From: Eledone cirrhosa
Taxonomy: Eukaryota
Assembly: GCA_964016885.1 (NCBI GenBank)
Contig: OZ024742.1
Span: forward strand, 211,668,001 to 211,732,000
Direction of reading: 5' to 3'
DNA: 64,000 nt
The position numbers were made by a program, and so were the translations under genes. Shown here piece after piece: positions 1-13,708 of this stretch (the first letter of the stretch is position 1; every line of letters starts with the position of its first letter). The notes below the pieces were generated by a model, which was given only the letters and a program-made list of their open reading frames with translations, was not told the DNA's origin and made no database searches.

Positions 1-106
1 CTGCAAGATTTGTTTCTGTTCAATACGACAAAAACACCGTATTTAAACCTTAATAAATAACAAAAAATACAGATTGTATCTAATAATCATTGTTTTATTC
101 TTTCAG

Positions 107-281
107 AGTTATCTGAAGTATTATGGAACATGGTAATGAGAATTGGCCTTTCAATGGATATTGGATATGTTGGTTGTGTTATCCTATTTTTTGTATTCTT
201 CTTTTGGGCTATTCTCACCATTGCTATATTACTGATTATGGAAGGGCTTTCAGCTTTTCTCCATGCACTTAGGTTACATTG
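107..281 (+). CDS. ATP6V0A1: V-type H+-ATPase V0 subunit a, penultimate coding exon
   Basis: tttcag acceptor and gtaagt donor; translates [14 protein letters not shown]...[20 protein letters not shown], the conserved C-terminal signature of V0 subunit a. The paralog number is nominal. Confidence 0.95.
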
Positions 282-1233
282 GTAAGTATTATTATATAAT
301 TGTGTAGTGATCAACATTCATTTTGTTTCTCATGCTAATGAGATTAAGTATTAATTTTGTGTCTAAAAGACTAAAGTCTGTTTCAAGCCTGGAGGCTCAT
401 TAGGCTGGTGCTTATTTCAGTTTCCTTGGCGTTAAACAACTAAGAGTCTATGGCTCCCCCCTGGACAGGATGTCAGTCCATCGCAGGGCTAAACTCCCAG
501 TTATTGCTGGTACTCCAGCTAAGTATACTAGCACAACGTGAAAATGAAGTGTTTTGTGCAAGAACACAACACTTAACCTGGAATTGAAACCTAGATGTAA
601 TGATCATATATCCAACATTCTAACCACTATTTTGTGCGTCTCCAGTTTAAAATAGGTAGATCATATCCCTGCATGTCATAAGAGGTGATTAAAAGAGTTG
701 ATGCCAGGAAGGGTGTCTGGCCATAAATCATTGCCTCAAAAAAAATAAAATCTCTTGATGAGCATAACAACATATGGGTAGGGTACAACTCACTGAACCT
801 CAAGGGATCTCATCAAAACTCAAACTGAAGAACCCAATTGAAAGGGATTCAGTGTATTTATGATCTCGCTTATGGAAACCAGTATATGAGATTTGGGACA
901 TAGAATATAGGGACGATTACGATATAATAGTCATTGTTTTAACATTTCATTACACGGGTGTGTATATGTGTAGCCAATTTGCTACATATATACACACACA
1001 AGTGTAATGAATCTTAGAGCACTGGTCTTTTAGAATTTCTCACCACCTCCTTCCTTCCTCAGTCATCACATAGATGTGTGTGTATGTAATAATTATTTTG
1101 TCTAATGTGTCTATGTATGTGTAGATGTGTGTGTGTTTGTATCTTTCTCTTTCAGTATGTTATGAACAAATATATAAATAAACACACATTGGCTATTATA
1201 GTTGATGTAATCCTGTTTTGTTTTCCTTTTTAG

Positions 1234-1327
1234 GGTTGAGTTTCAGAATAAATTCTATTCTGGAGATGGATTCTGTTTTCAACCATTTGATTTTAAATAT
1301 TACATCAACCTTTCTTATGATGAATAA
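1234..1327 (+). CDS. ATP6V0A1: V-type H+-ATPase V0 subunit a, last coding exon
   Basis: ttttag acceptor, phase matches previous exon (TG|G = W); VEFQNKFYSGDGFCFQPFDFKYYINLSYDE* with TAA at 1325-1327. Confidence 0.95.
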
Positions 1328-4300
1328 CATGGACAATCTACATAAATTATGAAACTGCAAGTGCCTTCTGGTTTGGTTTCATTATTAGAATTGGCTTGTT
1401 TGCTGAATGAAATGAAATATTAATATTGCTTCCTTCTTAACACAAACATATATGAAATCAAATTGCTTAATTACAAAATAAAGTGATTTTACTAGTTTTT
1501 GTAAAAGCTTTGTCACAAGAATTATATTTTAGTTTAAAAAACAAAAAAGACAAAACAAAAACGAGACAATCAAAATAAAATGTAATCAAGAAAATCATTC
1601 AATTGCTTTTTAAAATTGTTTTTCCAGCACTTCATAAAAGTTTAGTTTCTTAAACTTTTTTTTACTGTATTGTGCCTGCCATTCAGAGGAGAGAACTTAT
1701 ATAATAGATTAACATGATTGGCTGACTACAAAAGACTAGCTAAAAGAAATTTTGAGTTCAAACGGAATTTTGCCTTTTTATGAAATATTATTTTGATCTT
1801 GTACCTTTGATAACTTTCTTAAAATGATGTTTATTCAATTCTAAATGCTTTCTAATTTTTAATCTTTTCTATACCAATAAAATATTTCCTCTATAAGTAT
1901 AACTATAGAGTTGAACCACATCAAGAAAACTACTTTTTTTAATGTACAAACATTAGAATAAATCATAAAGTACATCTAGTCAACTGGAAATTTGTCAATG
2001 TTAAATTTAAATTGAGCTATTACTGAATATTAACATGGTATGGGCCTGTAAGTCCTGAGGGAGTTGTAGGGATGCTATATTGACATACATTTCATAGGGC
2101 ATTTTTAAACCTGGCAGAGCCCATCTCCCCTCCAGGCTTGAGTACAGCTGATTTCTTCCAGAGAAGGATAGAGAGTGAGAGAAAGGAAGTGAGAAAAAGA
2201 TATAGAGGAAGAATTGACCCCAGTACTAGATTGGTACTTTTTTTATTGACCTCTAAAGGCTGAAAGGCAAAGTTGAGGTTGGCAGGATTTGAACTAGAAC
2301 AGAGAGCTGGAACAAATACTCCAAAGCATGCTATCCAATGTTCTAATAACTCTGTCAATTTGCCGTTTATTACTGAGTCTTAAATGCTACTTTTCTTTTT
2401 ATATTGCAATACTGATACCTTTTAGTTTTCAGTTAGAAAATATACAGGACAAGATTGATATTTATAATGGTGACGTTTTGGTTCATCATCGTTTAATGTC
2501 TATCTTCCACGCTAGTATGGCGTTGTAAACCATTTTTTGTAAAAGCAACATTCTGGTTATAAAACATAATTGGTGACACAAATGCACCCAGAATACTCTG
2601 TAAAATAGTTTAGAAAGTCATCCTGCTTTAGAAAATTGGCTAAACAGCACCAGGAAGACTCTTCAGCTGTGTCAAAGACATAACCTCCCTAATGCTGATG
2701 CCACAATAAAATGCATTTGGTAAAGAAGTGGGCCTGTGGCCTGCCTGAGCACCCAGTAGAGTGCAGAAACATAAGCAAGATGGAGTCAAGTAAATCAACT
2801 CCAGTGCATTACTGGTACTTTATTTTATCGATTCTAAGGATGAAAGGAAAGTTAACCTCGGCAGGATTTAAACCAGAATCGCAAGGGTCGCAACTCTATG
2901 CATCAAAGCATGGCGTCCGAGCCTCTACCGATACTGCCAATTCACCTTGATGATTGCTAATGGAAGATTTCTCCAGTGTTTATCAAATATTGTGATGTGT
3001 TTTCCAGATGTTCAACAATATCTATTCAATTTGAGGAAGGGGTTACTGTGGGTTAGTTTTATTTATTCCTGCTCAAGCATTTCTCTATTGTTGAGTGTTT
3101 TCAACTAGTTCTAACTTAACCTTATAGCGTTTACTTTAATCTATAATCTATTATATTTTCACATAGATTCGATATTATGTGAGATAACTATGAGATTTTG
3201 ATATTTATTTTGAGAACAAGACCTTAACATAAATATAAATGGCCAGTTACAGCTGGTTTGAATGGAAAGAGGTGAGAGAATTCTGGCTGGATATGGCTGG
3301 TTTAATAAACTTGATATACACTGTGGTAGCTGACTGGAATGTTAAATGTTTAGTAGCAACCCTCAGGTCCAACATTTGAAATTGTCTGGAGCTACTCTCC
3401 TTCATACAGTTGTCATCATTGTTCTTTAGAACCAGATCATCCTTAATTGAGCAGACCTATGTGTTCCAGCCATGACCATCACTTTTTTTTTTTTTTTTTT
3501 TTTTAAGGCAGTGTCACTAGAATTATAGTAAGTCAAGCTATCCTGTAGCAGTTCTGTTTGTGGCTCAACGATATAGAATTGTTCTTCTGAGAGTTAAGAC
3601 TTGTTGATCTTTTTGCTGCCCAGCCTATTTCATGTATTGTTAATGGTTCTTGTCTTTGAAACAGAGTTGGTCAAACTAGCACGACCAGTTGATACAACCA
3701 TTAAATTGCCACACACACTCACAGACCATAGTACATATAATTTTATCTTTGGCCATTTAAATGTCAGCTGACGATATTCTGTTCTACAGAAGCTGGACTA
3801 CAGAACAGCTTCACCCCTACTCAAATGGGATGAAATGAGCATGGAGATGATGCTCATAAAAGGCAGAAAGTTATAGCATTTAAGTTACCCTCTTCCATCA
3901 CCTCGTCACTATCTTCCACCCACCTACCTCCCCACATACTTGACGTCTCCCAGTCATCCATATCCCCCGGCCGTGTCAAAGGATAGAGAGAAAAAGATAT
4001 AGAGGAAGAATTGTCCCCAGTACTAGACTGGTACTTTTTTATCGACCATATCAAAATGGAAAGCTGGATGTACCTCTACTGTACTACCAGATACCACTTG
4101 TTCACTCCTCTCTCTCCAAGACCACCTCACAACCAAACACTTTCATCCCACAACTCACACTACAAAATCTATCCCTGAATCCCCCCTTGTCCGACTATGC
4201 CAGCATTAAAGATGGGTGCAACCGACAATATCACAAGACGTCACTTCCCTTAAGGCCACACCTCTCTTCATGGGCAAGTGACAGGCAGCCTACACCATGT

Positions 4301-6904
4301 TCTCATCCCACTCACTATCTCTGGCCAAGGACACAAGTGCCCTAGTGTTGAAATATGGTAGTGTTGGTTCCACAAAATACATTCAGCCAACACTGGAAAG
4401 TGGAAGTGATGGTGTTATGATATAAAATGCACCCAGCCCACGTTGTAAACTGATAGTACTGGTATTGCAAAACATGCATCCACCACACCTGGTACATGTC
4501 ATAAAGTGGTTGGCATTAGATCCAGCTGTATAAACCAAGCCAAAAAGGAATGTATGAGCAAGGCTTGTTTAGCCTCAGAATGTGACAACCTTTCTGATCC
4601 TTGTAATCTTGGAAATACCACTTTGTGACACTTTTGGGAAGTGTCTATGTAACCCAGAACCACATGGTTGAAAAGAAAAATCTTAACCACAGTCATCTTG
4701 CATCAGGTTAATAATGGTTTTTGATTAAGGCACAAGGCCAACAATTTTTGAGGGAGGAGGGGGGGGGGGGAAGTTGATTAAATTATCCCCAGTACATTAC
4801 TGGTGCTTTATTTTATCGACCCTGTAAAGATGAAAGGTCAAGCTAACCTTGGTGGAATTTGAACTCAGAATGTAGAGGGCCATAACTCTATGCCACTAAG
4901 CATGGTGTCTGATACTAACAATACTGCCAATCCACTGCCCTGTTGCATCAGATTAATAATAAAAAAAAAAAAAAAATTATAAATGTATTACTGTATTTGT
5001 TCATTCGTATTAAAATAGACTACAGAGGGGCTGTATAATAGAAAGACCTTAGTAATGGAAGATAACTGATATGAAGACGGGCCTGGATGAAGTTGGAGCA
5101 GAAGTTATTATAGTTGCAATAGAATAAGCAGAAGGAAGTAGTACTTATGAGTTAGTTATTGAAGTATATCGGTGAGTGGATCTTAGTTAATCTGTAGAAT
5201 GTTTTTTGGGGGATGTAGTTGAGGATGTGTGTAATAACAGCACTGTAACATTTGATGCTGAAATATTATCTGATCCCTAAGTGAAGTTGTGTGCCTTAGT
5301 GGTTAGAGAATAGGATTTGCAATTGTGAGGTTGCAAGTTCAATTCCTAGACTAGGTGATGTATTATGTCCTTGAGAAAGACACTTTATTTCACATAACTC
5401 TTTTTGCCAGGAGTTGCGACTGGTAGATAGTATCGGCAATCGAAAGACCAATGAAAACATGTCCTTGGTCTGATTGGATGAGTTCCAGCCCACCTGGTAA
5501 GTGAGTGAGTGAGGTCTAGGATCTTGTTGATCAATTTAAAAAAAAAAAAAAGGCATCCAATCCTTTGATACAGTTTTGCTAATTGTATATATGTAGTTGC
5601 CCTACAAGATTTTAATGAAGGTTTTGTGGTGTTCAAGTGTAGATATGGTGAGGCTTTTAGATACTTGTAGATACTAGTCTTTTCCTTTGGTATGTTTATT
5701 GTTTGTGTCTTGGTGCTGTTTAATGTTTTGATGTTCTCAACTCAGTGAGTTGATGCAGGTCTGGTGTGAAGTGTCCAGGTTGTGTGTGGAGGATTCTTAT
5801 GTCTTGCTGGTTAAGGAAGAGGAAAGTAGTATCAAGTTACTTGTAGTGGTATTATAGAACTGTGTGTTGTTAGAAGTAACATCAAATAGATGTATAACAG
5901 AACTGTTTGTTAGAAGTAACATCAAATAGATGATTAATGCACATAGTGGAGACTGTGGGAGTATGCATATTAACATTACATATTCAACACAGCATGCTTA
6001 ATTCATTTCTCTAGCTTTTGCATATCCTCTGTATTCACTGTCATACAGTTTCATACAATATACCCTTAGTTCGGGGAGAGAATTCCTTTGTTTCCAACAG
6101 AGGTAGATTCCTGAACCTTTTACATATCTAATCCAATTCAAGGCCTTCTCTCCCCTATTGGAGGATCTCTTTCCTGGTTGATCTTCACCATATTTGGTCA
6201 TGTCAAAGGTGTAGCTGTACTTACCACGCTTGGCCAATTGCAGGGTGGTGAGGCTATTTAACTCATAGTTAGGGGGGATGGCCATTGATTCTGAGGAGTC
6301 CACCCCACTTTTTTTACATATATATTAGGATTAATGAGGTAAGTTCAATGGAAAAATTAAATCAACTAATGAAGATCATATAGATTATATGATTCTATAA
6401 TATTGCTAGAATAAATAGCTTAGAATATTCTGAGATCAGGATATGGATGCAAAATCATATCAGATTCTGTCACTATGGTAACTAGCTAGATGGGGAGATA
6501 TAATGTAATGTAAATTATCTGACTGGTTGATCTTTGTAGTCCAGCTTCTGTAGCTAAATAGATATGAAATCATGGAGATATTTTCTGGAAACATTATATC
6601 CAAAGTTATTTCTATTACAGATTATACATTGAACTGATGAGGGTGGTCTGTATGTAATTGGTAAACTGGCTAGAAATAGCTGTTAGACTATCTTGAAAAG
6701 AGACAGATTTAATAATCATGTACTGGATTCCTATTTGAATAAGATAGATTGAAATTGGCTGAAATGTTTAACCACAGATTTGCTTAGTCAGAGCCAGCTT
6801 GTGTCTAAACAGCAACAATAAGATAGGGTGGAATTGGTTGAAATGTTTGACCACAGATCTGCTTAGTCAGAGCCAGATGTGGCTAAACAACAGCAACAAC
6901 GTCT

Positions 6905-7830
6905 TATCCATTTCTATCTATGGTGGAACTAGAGAAGAAATTCCAAACATGGAAGCAGGGCCTAGAAAGAAGGGGTCTGAAAGTCAACCTGACAAAGACT
7001 AAGGTTCTCGTAAGTAGAAGAGAAAACAGAACCCAGATCCCCTCAGGGAAATGGCCTTTCTCAGTATGTAGGAAAGGTGTAGGTAGAAATTCCATCCTCT
7101 GCCCTAAATGCAAACTATGGGTACATGAGATGTAGTGGGATCTCTGGAAGTTTAGCTAAGAAAGTAGGCTTTATATGTAACAGTTGCACCGGGACAGTAA
7201 GCAGCAAACGACAACAGGAAACAAGTACTACCAAACTCTGGGAGGGCTCTGTAGAAACAGTAGACAGCATCTGCTACCGAGGTGACTGAATTAGCAGCAG
7301 AGGAGGGTGTTCTGAAAGTACAGTAACCAGGGTAAGAAAGGGATGAAAGAAGTTCAGGGAGCAACTACCACTGCTAGCTGCAAAAGGTTTTTCCCTCAAA
7401 ATGAAAAGCAGGCTGTATGATGCATGTATACAAACAGCAATGTTGCATGGTAGTGAGACCTGGGCGTCGTGTGCAGAAGACTTGTGTAGATTAGAAAGAA
7501 ATGAAGCTTGCATGCTCCGATGGATGTGTAATAGTAATATACGCGAACGGCTAAGCATAAACGAATTGAGAAAGAGACTGAGCATTAGAGGAATCAAATG
7601 CTGCGTGCAGGAGATTACGTTGGTATGGTCATGTGATGCATATGAGGATGATAGATGCATAAAAAGGTGCAGAGTGCTAAAAGTTGATGGAAGCCTTGGA
7701 GTGGGGAGACCCAAGAAGACCTGGGATGAGGTGATAAAAGCTGATCTTGCCCAATTGCACCTCTCAAAGGCGATGACACAAGACTGAGACCTCATGGGTA
7801 CAAGCCGAAGCTGAAGCATATAGACAGTAT
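6905..7830 (+). mobile_element. Degenerate RTE LINE 3' fragment
   Basis: GLKVNLTKTKVL, WPFSVCRKGVGRNSILC, RLYDAC...MLHGSETW, GRPKKTWDEVIK; homologous to the 14846-15748 ORF with stops and frameshifts. Confidence 0.88.
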
Positions 7831-9239
7831 GCCCCCACCCCCTCCCACTGCAAAGTGGTCGTGGGGGTGACACAACAAAAAAGCACCCAGTCCACACTAA
7901 AGTGGTGTAGGCGCCACAGTAAAAAGCACCCAGTACTCACTGTAAATGAGATTGATGTAGGAAAGGCATCCAGCTGTTGAAATCAAGCCAAAATCTGTTC
8001 TGTATGAGCAAGACTTGGTCACCTGACTTGGCATTGCCCATATCTGGATAACTCGTCTAACCCATGCAGGTGTGGAAGAATGGACGTAAAATGGTGACGA
8101 TGGTGATGATGATTCAAATATCAATTTCATTATCATTCTGAAATTGAACATTTTAAAAATGTGTATAATAGAAAATATCTCTGTTTCTTGTATATCATAT
8201 TTCTAATGCAATTAGAATTTAATGCCAAAATCTAAATTAAACAGAAACTTGTTACAACAAAACAAGAAATGAGCAATGGATTTTAGTGGTTGGTAATATA
8301 ATATACAAGAGGTTTCTTCATTACCTTGCAAATAAGAATAATTAGCAAAACTTACTAAGATTTCTTTTTGTCGTTAATTAATTGAAATTTTTGCTTCCAC
8401 TTCAAAACTGCCAGGAAATTTAGTTTAAAGTCAGTCACAAACACATACTTGATTGCCTAGCAGCAGCAGCAGCAACAGCAAAAAGCATAATAATAGTTTC
8501 TAATTGAAGTACAAGGCCAGTAATTTGACAGCATTTTATCCAAATGCTCGAATGATTTTGCAAAACTTCCAGTTTTAATAGTAATTAAGCACAAGGTCAG
8601 CAATTTAGGGGAGGGGAAAGCTGATTATATTAACCTCAATACTTTACTAGTACTTTATTTTATCAACCTTGGAAGGATGAAAGGCAAAGTTGACCATAGC
8701 AGGATTTGAACTCATAATCTAAAGAGCCAGAACATATACTGCTACACATGCTCTAACAACTCTGCAAATCCACTGTCCTAGCCTTAATAATAATGTCTAT
8801 TATAGATGCAAAGCCACTAATTTCAGGAGACAGATGCAGTCAATGAAAGAGATCCAGTATTTGACTGGAACTTTGACTTCCATCTTTCTGTGATCAATAA
8901 GATAAAATTGACTCAGGTGTGATTTGAATCCATTTTGTCTGCTTGTTGCTTTCCTATTTTTGTAATCTCATGTCATAATGATTTCTCATTTAGACACAAG
9001 GCTAGCAATTTGTGGGGAGGAGAAGCCATTTATTTCGAACCCAGTACTTTACTGGTACTTTATTTTATGTACTACCCTAATATTAATAGTGATTTGGTGC
9101 ATAACATACAGTTAATGGTGTTCACTCCAACACCCTTCTTGCACATTTTACCAATTGCATTCAATTTTGTCTTTCTGATATTTACCTTCAAACCTTTTGC
9201 CTCCATTCGTTACTTCCACCTATTCATACTCTCTATTAT

Positions 9240-10040
9240 TAACAATTCTAGCTAGTACCTCTGTCATAACTACAAATAATAGTGAGCCTTGATGCACTTT
9301 AGCCTTCACTCCTAACTCAATAAGGTTCCCATCATTTCTCCTTATGGGTGTACATGCTCTCTCATACATCATCACTACTCTAACCAACCATGCCCCTGCT
9401 CCTAACTCAATAAGGTTCCCATCATTTCTCCTTATGGGTGTACATGCTCTCTCATACATCATCACTACTCTAACCAACCATGCCCCTGCTCCTAACTCAA
9501 TAAGGTTCCCATCATTTCTCCTTATGGGTGTACATGCTCTCTCATACATCATCACTACTCTAACCAACCATGCCTCCACTCCTAACTCAATAAGGTTCCC
9601 ATCATTTCTCCTTATGGGTGTACATGCTCTCTCATACATCATCACTACTCTAACCAACCATGCCTCCACTCCTAACTCAATAAGGTTCCCATCATTTCTC
9701 CTTATGGGTGTACATGCTCTCTCATACATCATCACTACTCTAACCAACCATGCCTCCACTCCTAACTCAATAAGGTTCCCATCATTTCTCCTTATGGGTG
9801 TACATGCTCTCTCATACATCATCACTACTCTAACCAACCATGCCTCCACTCCTAACTCTCTCAATATCCAGGTCACATTCTCCAGATCTGCCTCTGCACT
9901 CACAAGACAATTTCTTCCTCTTGCCCTGTACTTTTGTAACTGCCTCACAATACTCTACTATTAACAGCAGGTCATCTGCATACAGCAACTTCCATGGTAA
10001 ACCTTCCTTTACACTTTGAGCCAGTACCTTCATCATAGAG
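9240..10040 (-). mobile_element. Rearranged RTE RT fragment containing a 90-bp tandem array
   Basis: GLPWKLLYADDL, RQLQ, LGVEAWLVRVV and VHQGS motifs. Confidence 0.8.
9311..9858. repeat. 90-bp tandem repeat, 6 full copies
   Basis: cctaactcaa recurs at 9311, 9401, 9491, 9581, 9671, 9761, with a partial copy at 9851. Confidence 0.95.
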
Positions 10041-10054
10041 CCACATAACTGTCG

Positions 10055-10700
10055 CTGTGGACTCTTTCAGCCTCCACAGTGCTGGCTGCTTTCCACGCCA
10101 TGTTGCCCTCAACGAGGTCATAAAGCATGACTTGGATACTGCAGGCTTCCCCTCTCAGCTCAAGCCAGTGGGGCTGGACCGAGGGGACAGCAAAAGGCCA
10201 GACGGTATGACTATCTTCCCATTCTGCAGTGGCAAACCCCTTGTCTGGGATGCCACTTGCAGCGACACTTTCTCCAGCTGCAACCTGGTGCAGTCCGTGA
10301 CGAATCCAGGTTCTGCTGCATGTTGGGCTGAGGAGGGCAAACTCTCCAAGTACCGGTTGATCTCTGACAGGTTTGCGGTTGCGTCCTTGGCAGTGGCAAC
10401 TTCTGGTGACCTTGGCCCTAGGGCTTCCTCTCTACTCACCACCATAGGTGCTGAGGTGGCCAGCTGCAGGTGTGAGCCTCGCGAGATGGAATGGCTCTTA
10501 CAGCACACCTCCCTTACCATCCTCCAGGGAACGCCTTCTCCATTCTGTCCGCCAGAGCTGTGGGGAGGCCAGCACGTGGGACCCCATTTGCTCACCATAC
10601 AGAGAGATGGGGAGGGTGAGAGAGATGGAGGTGATGACAGTGGGAGTTTGGCTCTTCCGTGTTCAGACCATATCCTTGTGGTTGTGTTCATTATTATATA
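10055..10700 (+). mobile_element. CRE-clade non-LTR retrotransposon 3' fragment (restriction-like endonuclease domain)
   Basis: RH.ALNEVIK, KRPDG, LVWDATCSDT, AEEGKLSKY and WLLQHTSLTILQG resemble the PD..D REL domain of CRE/Cnl1-type elements. Confidence 0.78.
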
Positions 10701-12223
10701 GAAAATTACTTATTTCGCTCTTTAACAAACTAGGAAAGATAACTGTGCTCTGCCTATATAGAAAACTGTTGAAGTTGGTTGACAGTTGTTGACCAGTTTA
10801 TCAGTGCATTATAAACTGATATTGCTCTATAAATTGCTTTTTTCCGTATTTACTCATCTGTGGGGGTTATTGTTATTGTGTTGGTTTATTCTATGCCCTA
10901 TTACTACAAATAATTGTTTCTACTTTAGGCACAAGGCCAGCAATCACCCAGTGCATTACTGGTACTTTATTTTATCGACCCCGTAAGGATGAAAGGCAAA
11001 GTCAACCTCGGCGGGATTTGAACTCAGATCATAAAGGGACGTAACTATGCTGGAAAGCATGGCGTCCGACCCTCTACCGATACTCCCAACCCACCGCCTA
11101 TTACTACAAATAATAGTGAGCATAATACAGATACCTGATGCCAGCCTTCAGTATTTTGTCTCTTTCGTTCTTATGACTGTATGTGTTTTTTCATACATTA
11201 TTATCACTACTCTAACCAACAATTCTTCTACTTCTATCTCTCTCATTGACCATATCATTACTTTGTGGTGGAACCGTATCAAAATTGTTCTCCAGTTTAA
11301 TAAACTCTCTGCTGCTCCACAAAACAAAACATTATAAATTGAAAAAAAAAAAGCAAAAAAAGAAGCAAACCGACAACAGATTTTTTAAAAAAGTTTAATA
11401 TGCACATTTTTACATTTATCAAATTTTTTTTTGCATATAAAGAAAACTATCTTACATCATCATCATTATCTTAGATTATAATAGAATTTAAAATACACCT
11501 AATAAGGGTAAAACAAAAATAAAAGCATTTAATTGTTTTGATTATTTTTGTATACATTTTTTGTTTTTCTGAAGATATTCTGTGATGGAGTCAGTCTCCA
11601 TGACACTGTTTTTTTAAATCTCAATCCATCAGAAAGTGAGCTAAGTGCAGTTATTTGAATCTATTACTGGTTCGTTTAGATCAGTCATGAGGAAAATGTG
11701 GTCCATTTGGCTTTCTGAATGGCATGCCTAATTTCAAAATTGCCTTGAATTTTTTAGTAGTGCAGCTGGCCTTATGATGAGCTACATCCTATGTGGCCCA
11801 CTGCTTGAAAAAGGAGGCCCATGCCTGGTTTAGTTAATGCGTGGATCAGAAGTCAAATATAGCTGGGGAGAGTTAATAATAAGTAATAATTGTTTCTACT
11901 TTTGGCACAAGGCCAGCAATTACCCCAGTGCATTACTGGTACTTTATTTTATCAACCCCGTAAGGACGGAAGGCAAAGTTAACCTTAGCAGCATTTGAAC
12001 TCAGACTGCAAAGAGCCGTAACTCTATGCTGCCAAGCATGGCGTCTGACCCTCTACTGGTACTGCCAATCCACATAATCACTGAAATTAATGACCCCTAT
12101 GGATTTCAATGTCATTTTTTTTGTTTATTTTTCTTCTTGTTTTCCCCCACCCATCCCTCCCAAGCTTTGTGTTAAGCAAATAATGAAGATGGAAGTTAAT
12201 ATTAATATTAATGGATGAAATTG

Positions 12224-12282
12224 TTATGATTTGTCTGAAGGGACAACCAGGAACATCTTCTGCAACTGCTTTGTGAAATAAG
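12224..12282 (-). CDS. SLC7 LAT-type transporter last coding exon
   Basis: tttttcag acceptor, phase T|CT = S; YFTKQLQKMFLVVPSDKS*, resembling the T-x-x-x-QK-x-x-x-VV C-terminus of LAT light chains. Confidence 0.9.
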
Positions 12283-13223
12283 CTGAAAAAAATAATAAAA
12301 AGAATTTTTTAAATGAGGGTAATTTGTTAATAATTGATATTAATTTCTTTGCTAGGTACAAGATCAATTGATCGAAAAAGTGTATAATGATCTATTAAAT
12401 TGACTCAAGTGTAATCACTTTACCTTTTCAAAAATAACTAATAGAATTGCATGTGTGCAGTATTTTTATTGAAGCACCATCTCTAAGTGATTGCCAGTCA
12501 AAACTACAGAGTTCTTCAAATTAGTATTTCAATGGTTTTTATTGGAGATTGTGAGGGGGCCATGCTGGTAACACAATGAAAAGGTACCCAGTCCAACCTG
12601 TCAGTTGTTTTGGTGCCACAATAAAAAGCAGCCAGTCCATTCTGTAAATGTGGTTGGTGTTAGGAACGGCATCTAGCCATAGAAACCAATCCAGAAATAG
12701 TTCTGTATGAGCAAGACATGGTCACCAGATCTCACAATGGGACAACTTGTCTAACCCATGCTAGCATGGAAAAATAGACGTTAAACGATGATGATGATTA
12801 ATAACCCTGAACGAAGACTGATATCAAGTACTACAATCTGGTGGGGAAGTGGTATTTCAATGGTGAAATTTGGGATATGAAGTAATGCAGAATCATAAGC
12901 CCAGGGGGAAGAGTTATGATGTTTGTCTCAACTAAAAGAAGGGAGTCACTGAATGATAATAATAATGAGTTGTACTTATGTTGACTCCTGGAAGAAGAAA
13001 AGCACAATCAGGACCAGTGGAATCTGAATCCATATTATAGGAATTCCTACTTAGACCTATTTGTGGTCATTTTTCTAATGGCAGCAAAGCTTTGTCATCT
13101 TTCCCACTTACTAAAACTTTAATTTTTGCTAAGTTTACTTTGAGTCTTTGATTCTAGGATTTGTTTCTTTACAAGCTATGTGAAAGTAATTTGATTAAAA
13201 AAAAATACAGATATTTTTCTTAC

Positions 13224-13401
13224 ATATAGTTTTCTGGCAAAATTTGGGTTTTGACTTCCATTCAATTCCCAAATAGTAGACAGGTATTCCAGATAGAGTT
13301 ATTATAAGTCCTATACCAGCTTCTCTTGGTGCCGCAATAAATGGGATAATAAGAAGGAAGACTACTGCGATCAAAAATGTTATTGGTATAAGAATGTGGA
13401 A
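13224..13401 (-). CDS. SLC7 LAT-type transporter exon (TM11-TM12)
   Basis: ttttcag / gtaaga; FHILIPITFLIAVVFLLIIPFIAAPREAGIGLIITLSGIPVYYLGIEWKSKPKFCQKTI; 178 bp; follows a ~20.4-kb intron. Confidence 0.94.
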
Positions 13402-13451
13402 CTGAAAATAAGAAAAGAAAATCATTACTTTCTTGGTTTACAAATTGTTTC

Positions 13452-13513
13452 ATATATATGTATACTATACTTATAATACATATATATATATATATATATA
13501 TACTATACTTATA

Positions 13514-13546
<33 letters not shown>

Positions 13547-13651
13547 CTATACTTATAATATATATATATATATATATACTATACTTATAATATATATATA
13601 TATATATATACTATACTTATAATATATATATATATATATACTATACTTATA

Positions 13652-13695
<44 letters not shown>

Positions 13696-13708
13696 TATAC
13701 TTATAATA
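13452..13708. repeat. CTATACTTATAATACA-(TA)n compound satellite, block 1
   Basis: Constant 16-bp core separated by variable-length TA runs. Confidence 0.95.

Noticed and set aside
1328-2000. Poly(A) signal of the V-ATPase gene
   Set aside because: Several AATAAA hexamers occur in AT-rich sequence (for example 1477 and 1876); one cannot be chosen without transcript data.
107-12282. Functional linkage of the convergent V-ATPase and amino-acid transporter genes (both relate to mTORC1 signalling)
   Set aside because: Adjacency of two eukaryotic genes about 11 kb apart is not evidence of a shared system without conserved synteny.
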